Below, piece after piece: positions 1-9,600 of a stretch of 63,560 nt of DNA. Made by a program: the position numbers and the translations under genes. The notes under the pieces were generated by a model. That model was given only the letters and a program-made list of their open reading frames with translations, did not search any database and had not been told where the DNA came from. Source of the stretch: a virus. The stretch covers positions 1 to 63,560 of IMG/VR virus record IMGVR_UViG_3300000217_000002; one strand, given 5' to 3'. Within the stretch, counting starts at the first letter, position 1. The number at the start of each line of letters is the position of its first letter.

Positions 1-394
1 AACACTTCAACCGGAAACACAGCGTCAACAGGAGATGTCCCCGATGAGTAAACCCGAAACCACGACGCGCAACCAGTATTGGCTTGTTAATCCAGACGAT
101 CTTGCTACGGCAGAAGAGTATCAAATCCGAGCCGAAACCCGGATCGAAGAGCTGGCCGAAGATGGTCAGATCGCGGATCAACAAGCTATGTTGATTACTG
201 AAACTTTCTGGGAAGACTGCCCGTGGGCACGACCCTACACGGTCGTCGACGGCACTTTGATTATCCCGGTGCAAGGGGTCTTGCTCAACAAGTTCCCCTA
301 TGCGTTCCGTTTCGCAACCGGTTACGAATTTATCGAACAAGCACTTCTACGAGGCATGCAAGACGGCAACGTAGATCGTATTATGTTCGATGTG
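1..394. repeat. Terminal direct repeat. It is identical to 63167-63560 (circular-assembly overlap or terminal redundancy), so the unique genome length is 63166 bp.
   Basis: The window opens with aacacttcaaccggaaacacagcg. The same string restarts at 63167 and matches through to the last base of the window. Confidence 0.95.
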
Positions 395-1378
395 GACAGC
401 CCCGGCGGTCTTGTGATGGGATGCTTTGAACTCACAGACAAAATATTCGCCATGCGCGGAACCAAACCGATGACAGCTTTTGTCGAAGGTGGCGGATATT
501 CCGCAGCTTTTGCGATCGCGTCTGCGGCGGACGAAATCGTTATGACCCGTATGAGTGGCGTCGGCTCGGTCGGGGTCGTTACGACCTTGATGGACATGTC
601 CAAAATGCTCGAAAAAGCAGGGGTCAAAATCACACAAGTATTCGCCGGTAAGCACAAGGTCGATGGCAACCCCTTCGAACCGCTTCCGGAGGATGTCAAA
701 ATGCGTATCCAATCACGCATTGACAGAACCTATGGTATCTTCGTAGATACTGTAGCGCGCAACCGCGGTATCTCTTCAGATTCCGTACGGAGCACAGAGG
801 CTTTGACATTTACAGTGGAAGAAGCTATCGAGAACAAGTTCGCTGATCGCATGGACACTGACGTCGATACCGATCAAAACGAAGTGGGCATTACGCCCGT
901 TGCCAACGACGGAGAAGATTCCATGGCCAAACCAAGTGAAACGCCGAAAACAACGGCAACCGCAAAGCCTGCCGACACTACAACTGCCGAGGCCCCAGAC
1001 AACACAGCCGCGCTCGCCGCTGCTCGTGCGGACGGAGCCGCCGCAGAACGTACGCGCTTTAGCGCAGTGCTCGCTTCTGACAATTATGCTGGTCGTGAAG
1101 ACCTCGCACAACATCTTTTGGGTAATACCGATATGACCGCCGAAGCTATCGACGCTACGCTGGCTACTTCGGCCCCGAAAGTCGCCGAAACTACCGAAGC
1201 CAAGGAAACGGAGGTCACCCCTGAAGCGACCACCGAAACTCCCGGTGCTGAATTTAATGCGGCGATGGCAACCACGGACAATCCGGAAGTGACCACTGCC
1301 GACACCCCTGAACCCAAAACCAAAGTTGAGAAAAACCAAGCCGCGCTCGCCGCTGCTCGGAACGCTCTCGGCGAATAA
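44..1378 (+). CDS. Prohead protease / scaffold fusion (S49 SppA-ClpP-fold peptidase, lambda gpC-like)
   Basis: The motif DVDSPGGLVMG...GGYSAAFAIASAADEI...GSVGV is S49-like. The C-terminal half is Ala/Thr/Glu-rich and scaffold-like. The ATG at 44 follows GGAG and overlaps the portal stop (ATGAGTAA). The ORF track starts it at 35. Confidence 0.8.
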   Translation: MSKPETTTRNQYWLVNPDDLATAEEYQIRAETRIEELAEDGQIADQQAMLITETFWEDCPWARPYTVVDGTLIIPVQGVLLNKFPYAFRFATGYEFIEQALLRGMQDGNVDRIMFDVDSPGGLVMGCFELTDKIFAMRGTKPMTAFVEGGGYSAAFAIASAADEIVMTRMSGVGSVGVVTTLMDMSKMLEKAGVKITQVFAGKHKVDGNPFEPLPEDVKMRIQSRIDRTYGIFVDTVARNRGISSDSVRSTEALTFTVEEAIENKFADRMDTDVDTDQNEVGITPVANDGEDSMAKPSETPKTTATAKPADTTTAEAPDNTAALAAARADGAAAERTRFSAVLASDNYAGREDLAQHLLGNTDMTAEAIDATLATSAPKVAETTEAKETEVTPEATTETPGAEFNAAMATTDNPEVTTADTPEPKTKVEKNQAALAAARNALGE

Positions 1379-1433
1379 GGGGTTGCGCCGCTAGTGAACT
1401 CTAGCTAAACCAAAACAAACAGGAGATTACAAA

Positions 1434-1838
1434 ATGCCTTCTCTCAATATCTTCGACAACAACTTCGGCACCCCGCGTTACTCCCGTACTGCTCGGGTCG
1501 CCGATGTTGCTGTCATCCATGCGTCTACACCGGTCTTCGGTGCGCGTATTCGTATTCCCGGTGTAACCACACCGGTTCCAATCTACTCTCTCGTTAAAGC
1601 TGACGGCACTCTAGCCGCGGCAGGCGAGACAGCGGTTGGCGTCACAGCGGTCGAACTGACCCAAGAGGACCTTGACTCGAACCCGGGCAATGTCCAGCTG
1701 GTCGTGGCCACTTCCGGTAACTTCAACTTTGAAGGCATCGGCTTGGACGCTTCGCTGACTACGTTGGCTCTTGCGCAAGCAACAGTCGCCGGTCTCGAAA
1801 ACATCATCATCAACTCTCACCCCGGCGGCGCGGTCTAA
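1434..1838 (+). CDS. Head decoration protein (lambda gpD-like)
   Basis: This 134-aa ORF sits between the protease and the capsid gene. AVGVTAVELTQED...SGNFNFEGIGL parallels lambda gpD AVGILAVAADQT...SGTFRYEDVLW by eye. An AGGAG RBS precedes it. Confidence 0.5.
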   Translation: MPSLNIFDNNFGTPRYSRTARVADVAVIHASTPVFGARIRIPGVTTPVPIYSLVKADGTLAAAGETAVGVTAVELTQEDLDSNPGNVQLVVATSGNFNFEGIGLDASLTTLALAQATVAGLENIIINSHPGGAV

Positions 1839-1874
1839 TAGCGACCACACCCTAATCTTGAAAGGATAATAGCT

Positions 1875-2969
1875 ATGCAAGACCAGTTTCCGATTTTCAC
1901 CCCGGTAGAACTGCTCGGAGCCTTCAAAGAGGACTCTAAACTGGAGCTATTCTGGAAGCCTATGGCTTTCAACAACGCTCCGATTTTCTCGGATGACAAA
2001 GAGATTGAATTCTCCAAAATCAGCACGCTCCGCCGGATCGCCCCGTTTGTTCGTCCTGACTCTGACGGTGTTCCGATCTATAACAACCGCGAGACGGTTG
2101 AGCGGATCAAGCCCGCATACATCAAGATGGAAGATGCTGTTAAAGCGTCTGAATTCACAGGCCGCCGTGAAATCGGTGCCGGTGAGCTTGGTGCGGCTGG
2201 CCAAGGCAAAGCCTTGACACCCCAAGAGCGCTGGATGTTCCGCATCGCAGAGATCACCAAGCAACACGAAGACGCCAAAATGATCCGTCTGGAAGTCATG
2301 TGCTTCCAAGCGATCGCTGATGGCATCGTGCAAGTTCAATACGATGACACCAACTCCATCAACAACGTCAACTTCGGTCGCGACCCTGCGCACGATATCA
2401 CGCTGTTGCCGGGCCAACTCTGGACCGACCCGGGCGTCAATCCGCTGAATGATCTCACCGCGTTCCGCCGCATCATGCACCGACCAACCGGTCCTGCCGC
2501 GGCTAACCGCTTCAAAGGACGTTTCACTATCCTTGTTATGGGTGTGGACGCTGCCGAGGCATTCCGTCAGAACGAGCAAGTCCGCGAAGAGCTGGACGTC
2601 GATATCGCGAACTTCCGCGGTAAGACTGCCGTCAATCGTCAAGTGCTGGAAGGTACAGATATCGAACTTATCGGTGTACTGAACAACGGCGTCGAAGTGT
2701 ATGCGTACAACGAATACTTCGAAGACGACCAAGGTAACATCGTCAACATCATGGACCCCCGTGACGTTGTCGCTCTGAACCCGCGTATGGTGAAAGGCCA
2801 GATCGCCTATGGTACAATCGAGAGCTTCGCTGCGGACCTCAAGTCCATGGCCATGTTCCCGAACATGTATCAAACAAAGGACGGTCGTGACGTGTTCCTC
2901 TGCCACGAGAGCGCACCAATGGTCTTCCCAATCAACCCCAACGCGACGCTTAGGGCACGCGTCGTCTAG
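1875..2969 (+). CDS. Major capsid protein (lambda gpE family)
   Basis: The ORF is 364 aa. Its N-terminus (FPIFTPVELLGAF...IFSDDKEIEFSKIS), length and position after the D-like gene fit the gpE family. AAGGA RBS. Confidence 0.8.
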   Translation: MQDQFPIFTPVELLGAFKEDSKLELFWKPMAFNNAPIFSDDKEIEFSKISTLRRIAPFVRPDSDGVPIYNNRETVERIKPAYIKMEDAVKASEFTGRREIGAGELGAAGQGKALTPQERWMFRIAEITKQHEDAKMIRLEVMCFQAIADGIVQVQYDDTNSINNVNFGRDPAHDITLLPGQLWTDPGVNPLNDLTAFRRIMHRPTGPAAANRFKGRFTILVMGVDAAEAFRQNEQVREELDVDIANFRGKTAVNRQVLEGTDIELIGVLNNGVEVYAYNEYFEDDQGNIVNIMDPRDVVALNPRMVKGQIAYGTIESFAADLKSMAMFPNMYQTKDGRDVFLCHESAPMVFPINPNATLRARVV

Positions 2970-2976
2970 TTGGCTG

Positions 2977-3005
2977 GGGGGCTGTCTACCGCATGGACAG
3001 CCCCC
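2977..3005 (+). terminator. GC-rich stem-loop after the capsid gene, with no U-tract (attenuator or mRNA stabiliser)
   Basis: gggggctgtc - 9-nt loop - gacagccccc, a perfect 10-bp stem. Confidence 0.35.
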
Positions 3006-3045
3006 TACTTGCCCAGTCAACAGACCATTTTGAAAGGTAATTACC

Positions 3046-3363
3046 ATGTCTGATAACACCGAATTCCCAGTTGAGCTGATTGCCATCGGTACGGTCGTTC
3101 GACCGCATCCGTCTATCAAAGGCGAGACGCAAATCATCTACCCAAACACCCGTTTCTCGGTCGCTGATGAAGCCACCCTCGAACGACTGACAAGCCGTGA
3201 AGGTCGGGCACTACCCGCTGCGCGCGTCTGGTCCGAAGACGAGGTTGCCGCCCCCGCTGTTGCGGAAGGTGACACGACTCTGACCCAAGTAATCGACAGC
3301 GCCAACAAAGCTGAAGGCGAAGGCGAAGGCGAAGGCGAAGAAGACCTCACCACCTTCGAATAA
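3046..3363 (+). CDS. Hypothetical head-associated protein with an acidic (Gly-Glu)n tail
   Basis: A 105-aa ORF in the head module. Its C-terminus EGEGEGEGEE is encoded by (gaaggc)x4 at 3313-3336. Confidence 0.5.
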   Translation: MSDNTEFPVELIAIGTVVRPHPSIKGETQIIYPNTRFSVADEATLERLTSREGRALPAARVWSEDEVAAPAVAEGDTTLTQVIDSANKAEGEGEGEGEEDLTTFE

Positions 3364-3367
3364 GCCG

Positions 3368-3829
3368 ATGTCGGAAATCCGAAAGCTGCGTAGAAAATTC
3401 CGGGGCGATCTGCATGATCGCCTCGGAGAATACGTGTCTGTCACTGTGGCTGGAACCGATTGCACGATCCAGCTCATCAAAGCTCGCATCCATGACGAAC
3501 TTCGACTTGTCGGGGACGTCAAAGGAACCAGCTTAGAGTTCACTGAACTCCACGAAAACACTCCCAAGATAGTATTCCGGTTATCTGACTTCGGACCGGC
3601 CAACGAGTCTTACGTCAACTCTGGCTTCACAACTTGGAAAGACATTCTCGCCAAGGGAACGATCGTTAGGGCCGAAGACGAAGACGGCCTCCCACTCGCG
3701 TACGAGATCACCGACCGGGAGCCGGTTCACGGTATCACCATTAACGTCAATGTCACGCGAGTGTCAGATCGCAAAGCCTGCACATTCCCACTACCCGAGG
3801 TGCCAGAGACATGCCCGGTCAGTACCTAA
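3368..3829 (+). CDS. Putative head-tail connector/adaptor protein
   Basis: A 153-aa ORF between the head and tail-completion genes, tightly packed. The call rests on position only. Confidence 0.4.
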   Translation: MSEIRKLRRKFRGDLHDRLGEYVSVTVAGTDCTIQLIKARIHDELRLVGDVKGTSLEFTELHENTPKIVFRLSDFGPANESYVNSGFTTWKDILAKGTIVRAEDEDGLPLAYEITDREPVHGITINVNVTRVSDRKACTFPLPEVPETCPVST

Positions 3830-4359
3830 TCGAAGTCGAAGGCGACGACGTCTTCATACGCGACTTGGAAGACGCTTCGGTTAAAACTCGCCGAGTCGCG
3901 AGTCGAGCTATCAACAGAACTCTCGACAGAACCCGCACCCGATCGGCGAGTTCTATCCGCGAACAAGTGGCCTTTCCTTCGGGCTATCTGTCCCCGCGTA
4001 CCGGTCGTTTGAGTGTTACCAAGCGGTCGAACCCCACGACATTGACCGGCGAAATTACTGGACGAGGTCGGCCTACGTCCCTTGCCCGGTTTGCCCAGAA
4101 CACCCCTCGCCGGGGACGCGAAGTTCGACTCCAAGTCAAACCCGGTAAAATCTCAACCATCCCGGGGGCTTTTCTTATTAAGCTCCGGTCTGGCACCGCG
4201 GATATCGAGACACGTAACAACATGGGGCTGGCAGTTCGCCTCGGCCCCGGACAAACCTTGCGCAACAAGAGACAAACGCGTAGGGTCTCCAGCGGACTGT
4301 ACCTTCTGTTCGGACCGTCCGTCAGGACAAACCTTGCGCAACAAGAGACAAACGCGTAG
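3811..4359 (+). CDS. Tail completion protein, lambda gpZ-like. The reading frame is truncated by a 76-bp tandem duplication, and the original C-terminus continues in the next frame to 4489.
   Basis: AINRTLDRTRTRSAS...IPGAFLIKLRSG resembles lambda gpZ AINRVASSAIS...IPGAFIQQLKNG. The frame-2 ORF 4082-4489 re-reads GQTLRNKRQTRRVSNGLYLLFGPSV and then runs on to ...LLRQLEL. Confidence 0.6.
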   Translation: MPGQYLIEVEGDDVFIRDLEDASVKTRRVASRAINRTLDRTRTRSASSIREQVAFPSGYLSPRTGRLSVTKRSNPTTLTGEITGRGRPTSLARFAQNTPRRGREVRLQVKPGKISTIPGAFLIKLRSGTADIETRNNMGLAVRLGPGQTLRNKRQTRRVSSGLYLLFGPSVRTNLAQQETNA

Positions 4360-4399
4360 GGTCTCCAACGGACTGTACCTTCTGTTCGGACCGTCCGTC
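4249..4399. repeat. Tandem duplication: two 75-nt copies, period 76 bp, one mismatch (4292 g vs 4368 a)
   Basis: ggacaaaccttgcgcaacaagagacaaacgcgtagggtctcca[g/a]cggactgtaccttctgttcggaccgtccgtc occurs twice, back to back. Confidence 0.95.
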
Positions 4400-4493
4400 G
4401 ATCAAGTTTTCCGAGACGTCTCGGAGATGGAAGCTGAACCCGCCGCCGACTTCCTTGAAGTTGAGCTGCTAAGACAATTGGAGTTGTAAAGTC

Positions 4494-5000
4494 ATGCCCG
4501 CTGAACCGATTCAAGTTACTATATTGGAAGCCCTGAAAGACGCGTTGGAAGAGATCGTGGAGGGGGAAGAGTATTTCAACACCCTTCTGGGAAAAGTCCA
4601 CATAGGTCGAACAGTGTTGGATGACGAAGACGCCGATCCGGACGAATTGGCAGTCTTGATTCTGGAAAATCCTTTGCCAGAAGACGAGCGCCAACAATCA
4701 ATCCGAGCCGGGGGTGAAACATCGGGGGATTGGGGTTTGTTCATACAAGCCTTCGTTCCAATAAAAGACAAAACCGACAGGTTCTTGACTCGGGACGCGT
4801 ACTGTCTCAAAGAAGATATACTTTGTCGCCTACGAGGACTGAGAACTCCCCGCGGAAGCGGTCGTGCTCCGAACTTCATTTTCGGCATTAAACAAATCGC
4901 CAATATCCGTTTCGACCGTGGGGTTGTTGGTGCAGATGAGAAACGGTCTAACTACGCGGTCTTCTGGATACCGTTGACAATCGACTTGTCGTCGCGGTAG
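4494..5000 (+). CDS. Putative tail terminator / tail completion protein (gpU or DUF3168-like by position)
   Basis: A 168-aa ORF between the Z-like gene and the tube gene. No diagnostic motif. Confidence 0.4.
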   Translation: MPAEPIQVTILEALKDALEEIVEGEEYFNTLLGKVHIGRTVLDDEDADPDELAVLILENPLPEDERQQSIRAGGETSGDWGLFIQAFVPIKDKTDRFLTRDAYCLKEDILCRLRGLRTPRGSGRAPNFIFGIKQIANIRFDRGVVGADEKRSNYAVFWIPLTIDLSSR

Positions 5001-5032
5001 AAGACATTTAACACCTATAGGAGAATTCAGAT

Positions 5033-5833
5033 ATGGCTATTAGCACTCTCTCTGAAACAGAACTGGTACTATCCCGTGGCCGTCTGTTTCTCGCACCTTG
5101 CCCCCCAATCGAAGACGGTGGCATTTTCGCAGCAAGCGAATTTTTGTTTATCGGAAACGTCCCGGATTTCTCCGTGAACGTCGAAACCGAAACACTCGAC
5201 CACTATCGGTCGACTGGAGGCATCCGTGAACAAGACGACTCAACCGAAATCAAAGTCGACCGCTCGGCGACCATCACTTCGGATAACATCGACCCTGAAA
5301 ATCTCGCCCGGTTCTTCCTCGGTGAGCAAACCACGCTCGATCAACTGGCGTCCTCAGTCACGGACGAAGCTCACACTGTCAGTAAGCAGGGTGTCTACAT
5401 CCAAGTTGGTAAAACCGCCACAAACATCTCCGGTATCCGGGGTGTAGAAAACGTGGTTGTGACCAGCTCTGACGGCCTGACTACCTTCGCTGAAACCACT
5501 GACTATGTTGTCCAGCCGCAAGCGGGTCTGGTTGAAATCGTCGAAGGCGGCGCAATTTCCGCAGGCGACGACATTCTGATCGACTACGATGTCCAAGCGC
5601 AAACACGTTCCCGTGTCATCTCGGGCAACGAGCCGGTCGAAGGCGCGCTTCAATATATCGAAGACAACCCAACTGGCGAAGACAAGGTCTACCTGTTCCC
5701 GTACGTCAAAGTACGTCCGAACGGTGACTTCAACTTCATCACTGACGACTGGCAGACTGTGCCGTTCGATATCGAGGTTCTGACACTCCCCGGATTGCCA
5801 GCCATCCTTGTTGACGGCCAACCAGCCGTCTAG
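5033..5833 (+). CDS. Major tail tube protein
   Basis: A 266-aa ORF with an AGGAG RBS, immediately upstream of the chaperone pair and the tape measure, followed by a strong hairpin. Confidence 0.55.
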   Translation: MAISTLSETELVLSRGRLFLAPCPPIEDGGIFAASEFLFIGNVPDFSVNVETETLDHYRSTGGIREQDDSTEIKVDRSATITSDNIDPENLARFFLGEQTTLDQLASSVTDEAHTVSKQGVYIQVGKTATNISGIRGVENVVVTSSDGLTTFAETTDYVVQPQAGLVEIVEGGAISAGDDILIDYDVQAQTRSRVISGNEPVEGALQYIEDNPTGEDKVYLFPYVKVRPNGDFNFITDDWQTVPFDIEVLTLPGLPAILVDGQPAV

Positions 5834-5860
5834 TAACCCCCGTGTAGCATGCTGCTCGGT

Positions 5861-5900
5861 CAGCCCCCGGCGTTCCCATCGAATGGTAAGCCGGGGGCTG
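5861..5900 (+). terminator. Stem-loop after the tail tube gene (no U-tract)
   Basis: cagcccccggc - 18-nt loop - gccgggggctg, a perfect 11-bp stem. Confidence 0.35.
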
Positions 5901-5935
5901 CATTACCATCAATCTCAAGCCCAGAGAGAATTAAA

Positions 5936-6424
5936 ATGTCCGACGACCTACAGATTTTTATCCCACATGTCCGTGTGCCAGTCCCCCATCCTGAAAAAGA
6001 AAACAACGGTTTCGATGTTCGCGGTGTGAACATGACCGACTTGGCCCGGCTGATGGCCGACCACGCCCCCAACATCGCCCTTTTGTATAAAGATTTCATC
6101 TCCCAAGATTTCGATCTGGCAGAAGGGGAAACCGGAGAAACTTTCAACCGCGTCTTGGGTGACATGCCTGAATTGTACGTGGACTTGATCGAACTGGTGA
6201 CCGACGGTAGGGTCAAAGCAGCAACTGCAAAGAGCTTGCCGATCACAGTCCAGTTGGTTTCTTTAACCAAAATCGCCGAGGCCACGTTCAGCGGCGAGGA
6301 GAGTTTGGAAAAGTTCTTGGCCGTGGCGGTAAAGATGTTCGAAAACGTCATGGCAACAACAAGCAGGCTGCAAAACACCCCGCTACCTTCGACGACTGGT
6401 ACTTCGACTACCGCAAATCAATAA
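5936..6424 (+). CDS. Tail assembly chaperone (gpG-like)
   Basis: An acidic 162-aa ORF directly before the tape measure. I prefer the ATG at 5936 because the track start at 5849 lies inside the upstream hairpin. Confidence 0.5.
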   Translation: MSDDLQIFIPHVRVPVPHPEKENNGFDVRGVNMTDLARLMADHAPNIALLYKDFISQDFDLAEGETGETFNRVLGDMPELYVDLIELVTDGRVKAATAKSLPITVQLVSLTKIAEATFSGEESLEKFLAVAVKMFENVMATTSRLQNTPLPSTTGTSTTANQ

Positions 6425-6426
6425 GC

Positions 6427-6624
6427 TTGTTGTTGGCTCACGGGCATCCACATGCCCGTATTTACCCCCTGTCTGGGGTGATGTATGAGACAATTCTGGT
6501 GCGAAGAAGGGTCAACAATATGATCGCAGACGAAGCCGGACTCTTGCAACATGCGATGAGTTCTGTTCTAAACGAGAAGGCTGCCAAAAGTTTTACCGAG
6601 GCAGTCAACAAACTCAAGTCGTAG
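6427..6624 (+). CDS. gpT-like reading frame, probably the -1 frameshift extension of the chaperone
   Basis: This frame is -1 relative to 5936-6424 and is open from 6211, overlapping the end of the chaperone gene. It has no good ATG/RBS of its own. It ends 12 nt before the tape measure gene. Confidence 0.35.
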   Translation: MLLAHGHPHARIYPLSGVMYETILVRRRVNNMIADEAGLLQHAMSSVLNEKAAKSFTEAVNKLKS

Positions 6625-6636
6625 AGAGGATAAGCC

Positions 6637-9600
6637 ATGGCCAGTCGTGACATCAAAATGGTCATCTCCGCGACGGACAAGGCTTCCCAAGCCACCGACG
6701 CGGTCAGAGAGGCGCTAGTCGCCCTCCGGGAAGCCCAGATGGGTGCGATGGATTCCGCCGACCAGACGTCCAACTCCCTCACGGCCTTCGGCTCTACCCT
6801 TGGCACACTTCAACAAACCCTCCGCGGCAACAACGTCGGGGAACAACTGGAGACCCAGTTTGAGAAGGCCCGAGCCGCCACCCGCCGGTTGGAAGAAGGC
6901 CTTGAAGAAGCGACCCGCAGCCAAGTAGAATACGCTCGACGTTCCAAAGAGTCGGCCTCGGCAGTGGAAGTTGAGCGCCGGTCAGTGATCGCGCTGGAGG
7001 CCGCTCTGTCCAAGGAACGAGCCACCCGGAATGCGCTAAGAACCGAACTTAACCGCGCAAACCGCCCCATAGCCCGAGCAGAGGCATCCGGCGGTACGGC
7101 GACCCCAGAACAACTGGCGGCAGCGGAACGCGCTGAACAGGCGTTCAAACGTCAAGCAGCGGCGGTTCAGGCACTTGAGAACAACCTCGCCACCGCGCGC
7201 GGGCGTGTACGCGATCTGGTGGCCGAAGAGAAAAGATTGGCCACGGCGGCGGATAACGCCGGAGACCGGATCGTCGATCAGAACCAAAAACTGGTTTCAG
7301 CCAGAGCGGCCCTTCTCAAAATGGGCGTCGAAGCCGGGCGAGCGGAAGACGCTCTCCAAGAATTGGGTCGGTCTGCCGCGGTAGAGTTGCAAAGAGCGGT
7401 CGCGGCCCAACGGCAGTTGACAGGCACCGCCGGGGTAGACTTCAACTCGGCCCAAGCCGGGGTAGGTCCTGCCGAACAAGAGTTCCTGCAAGCACAACGC
7501 GCTGCGGATGAATACCAAGTCACTCTGGGTGAAAGTGCCCAAAAGACCCGCGAGCTTCGTGCCGAGAGCGATCGGCTGGAGAAGGCATTCCAAGACCAAC
7601 GGGGTTTGGCCGAAGCCCTCAGACAAGAGTATATCGAACAGCAGCAAACCCTTGCACGCCTCGGGATGATATCCCGTGAGACAGCCACGGACGTGAATGA
7701 AATCGCAGCTCGGCAGGCGCGGTTCACCGCTGAACAAGAACGCGGTCAGAGAGCTGTCGAGCGCATTCGTCAAAGCATCAACCGGTATCAGTCGAGCATC
7801 AACCGCGCTTCGGAACGGACAGCCAGACTGGCAGCGGAACAAACCAGACTCCAAGCCGCGGCAGTTCGCGCCGGTACCGGCACCCGGACCCTGTCAGCTG
7901 CGCTACGGCAGTTCTTCGGCGAGGGTAAGCGGGCACTGTCCATTACCCAACGTCTCAGAGGACAAGTCCTGTCCTTGGCGACTCAATACGTGGGCTTCTT
8001 CGCGGTATTCCAAGGCGTAGGGGCCGTAGTCAATTCGGTGCAACAACTGGAAGGCGCGACAAACAGCTTGGCCGCCGTGTTTGACGGCGATTTCGATGCG
8101 GTGAACGGCGAGCTGGATTTCTTGCGTCGTAACGCCGATCGACTCGGGATTGGTTTCGGGCAATTGTCTGAGGACTATACTAAGTTCGCTGCGGCCACCA
8201 AGAATACTCCTATTCAGGATGAAACCCGCGCCATCTTCATCCGGGTTGCAGAAGCAGGTCGCGTCCTCAATCTGACAGCCGACCAGATGTCCGGCACCCT
8301 GACTGCGCTGTCTCAGATTGCGTCTAAAGGCGTCGTGAGTATGGAAGAATTGCGACAGCAATTGGGCGACCGATTGCCGGGTGCGCTCCAGATCATGGCC
8401 GACGGATTGAACATTTCTACCGCCGAACTAATTAAGCTGATCGAGACCGGCGAGTTGTCATCGACCGCTCTAGTCGGTTTCGCCGGAGAATTGGAGAAAC
8501 GCTTCGGACCGCAATTGGCAGGGTCTTTGACATCTCTGAACGCCGAGCTTGGACGTTTTGCAAACGCCCTGTTCGAGTCACAGATCGCTTTCGCCAACGG
8601 AGGCTTCCTTGAATCGTTCGTCAGTTTAATCCGTACAGCGACAGAAACATTGAAGTCCGCAGACTTCCAGTCATTCTTGGGAAGCATCGGGCAGGGCTTC
8701 AGTCTTGCTTTCGGACTTGCAGAAGCCGCGATACGAAATTTTCAATTGGTCTTCACTGGTCTCGTGGCCTTCATGTCTGTCAAATTCCTGCCGGTCATCA
8801 TCGGGACTATCGCAAGCGTAGGAGCCTTTGGGGTTCAGATACTACGCGCCGGGAGGCTGGCTCTCGGAGCCGCCGCCGGTATCCGGGCAGGCGCAGTAAG
8901 CATGGGACAGATGGCTGCCGGGGCTCGCTCTGCCGCCGTCAGTGTCGGCCTGCTCGCTAATACCACGAAGGGGGCTTTAGCGTCCACAGGCATCGGTCTG
9001 ACCGTTGTGGCCATCACTACAGTCATGGCCGCCCTGTCGACACAAGCAGACGAGACCGCCGAGGCACTAGAACGTCAGAAGGGTATTGTCGACGCGCTCA
9101 AAAACACGTACGACACCGGCGCGGATTCCATTGAAGATTACGCCGAGGCACTATCGCAACTTACGGCTGCGGAAGCACGACAAAACCTGCGAGCTTTACA
9201 ACAAGAGGCGGCCAGTCTGGAAGCCCAGTTGGACAACATCCTCACGCTGAGAGGTGAGTCCGGTCAAGGGTCTGGCTTTGGACAATTCTTCGATGGGGTC
9301 GAAGGAGTCGATATCGGCAACCTGTTCGGCGGCAACCGTTTCGGATCACAGTTCACCCGGGAATTCGCGGAAGAGATCAAAGCGTTGGCTGTGGCTTTCG
9401 ATGGTGGGGCCATCAGCGCTCGGGAATTCGAACTAGCCACCCAACGGGCTGCGGAGGCACAGAACTTCAGCGACGCGGAGAATTCTAAATTCATCCGAAC
9501 CATCGAACTGGTTGAAGAGAACATCGAAGTCAGACAGCAACTCGGTACCGCAGTACAACTCAACGCCGTCAAGGTTAAGGAACTCCGAGGAGAGCTGGAA

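Noticed and set aside
1947-3137. 396-aa minus-strand ORF
   Set aside because: It is entirely antisense to the capsid gene and has an Arg/Val/Asp-rich, low-complexity composition. It is a shadow ORF of a strongly supported gene.
3313-3336. (gaaggc)x4 microsatellite as a phase-variation switch
   Set aside because: The unit is 6 nt, so copy-number change stays in frame. It only lengthens a Gly-Glu tail.
3984-4697. 237-aa minus-strand ORF across the Z-like and U-like genes
   Set aside because: It is antisense to a tightly coupled rightward structural operon, and its composition is Arg-rich and unprotein-like.
5849-5935. N-terminal extension of the chaperone ORF (track start 5849)
   Set aside because: The extension is occupied by an 11-bp GC hairpin that follows the tube gene. 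The ATG at 5936 gives a typical acidic chaperone N-terminus.
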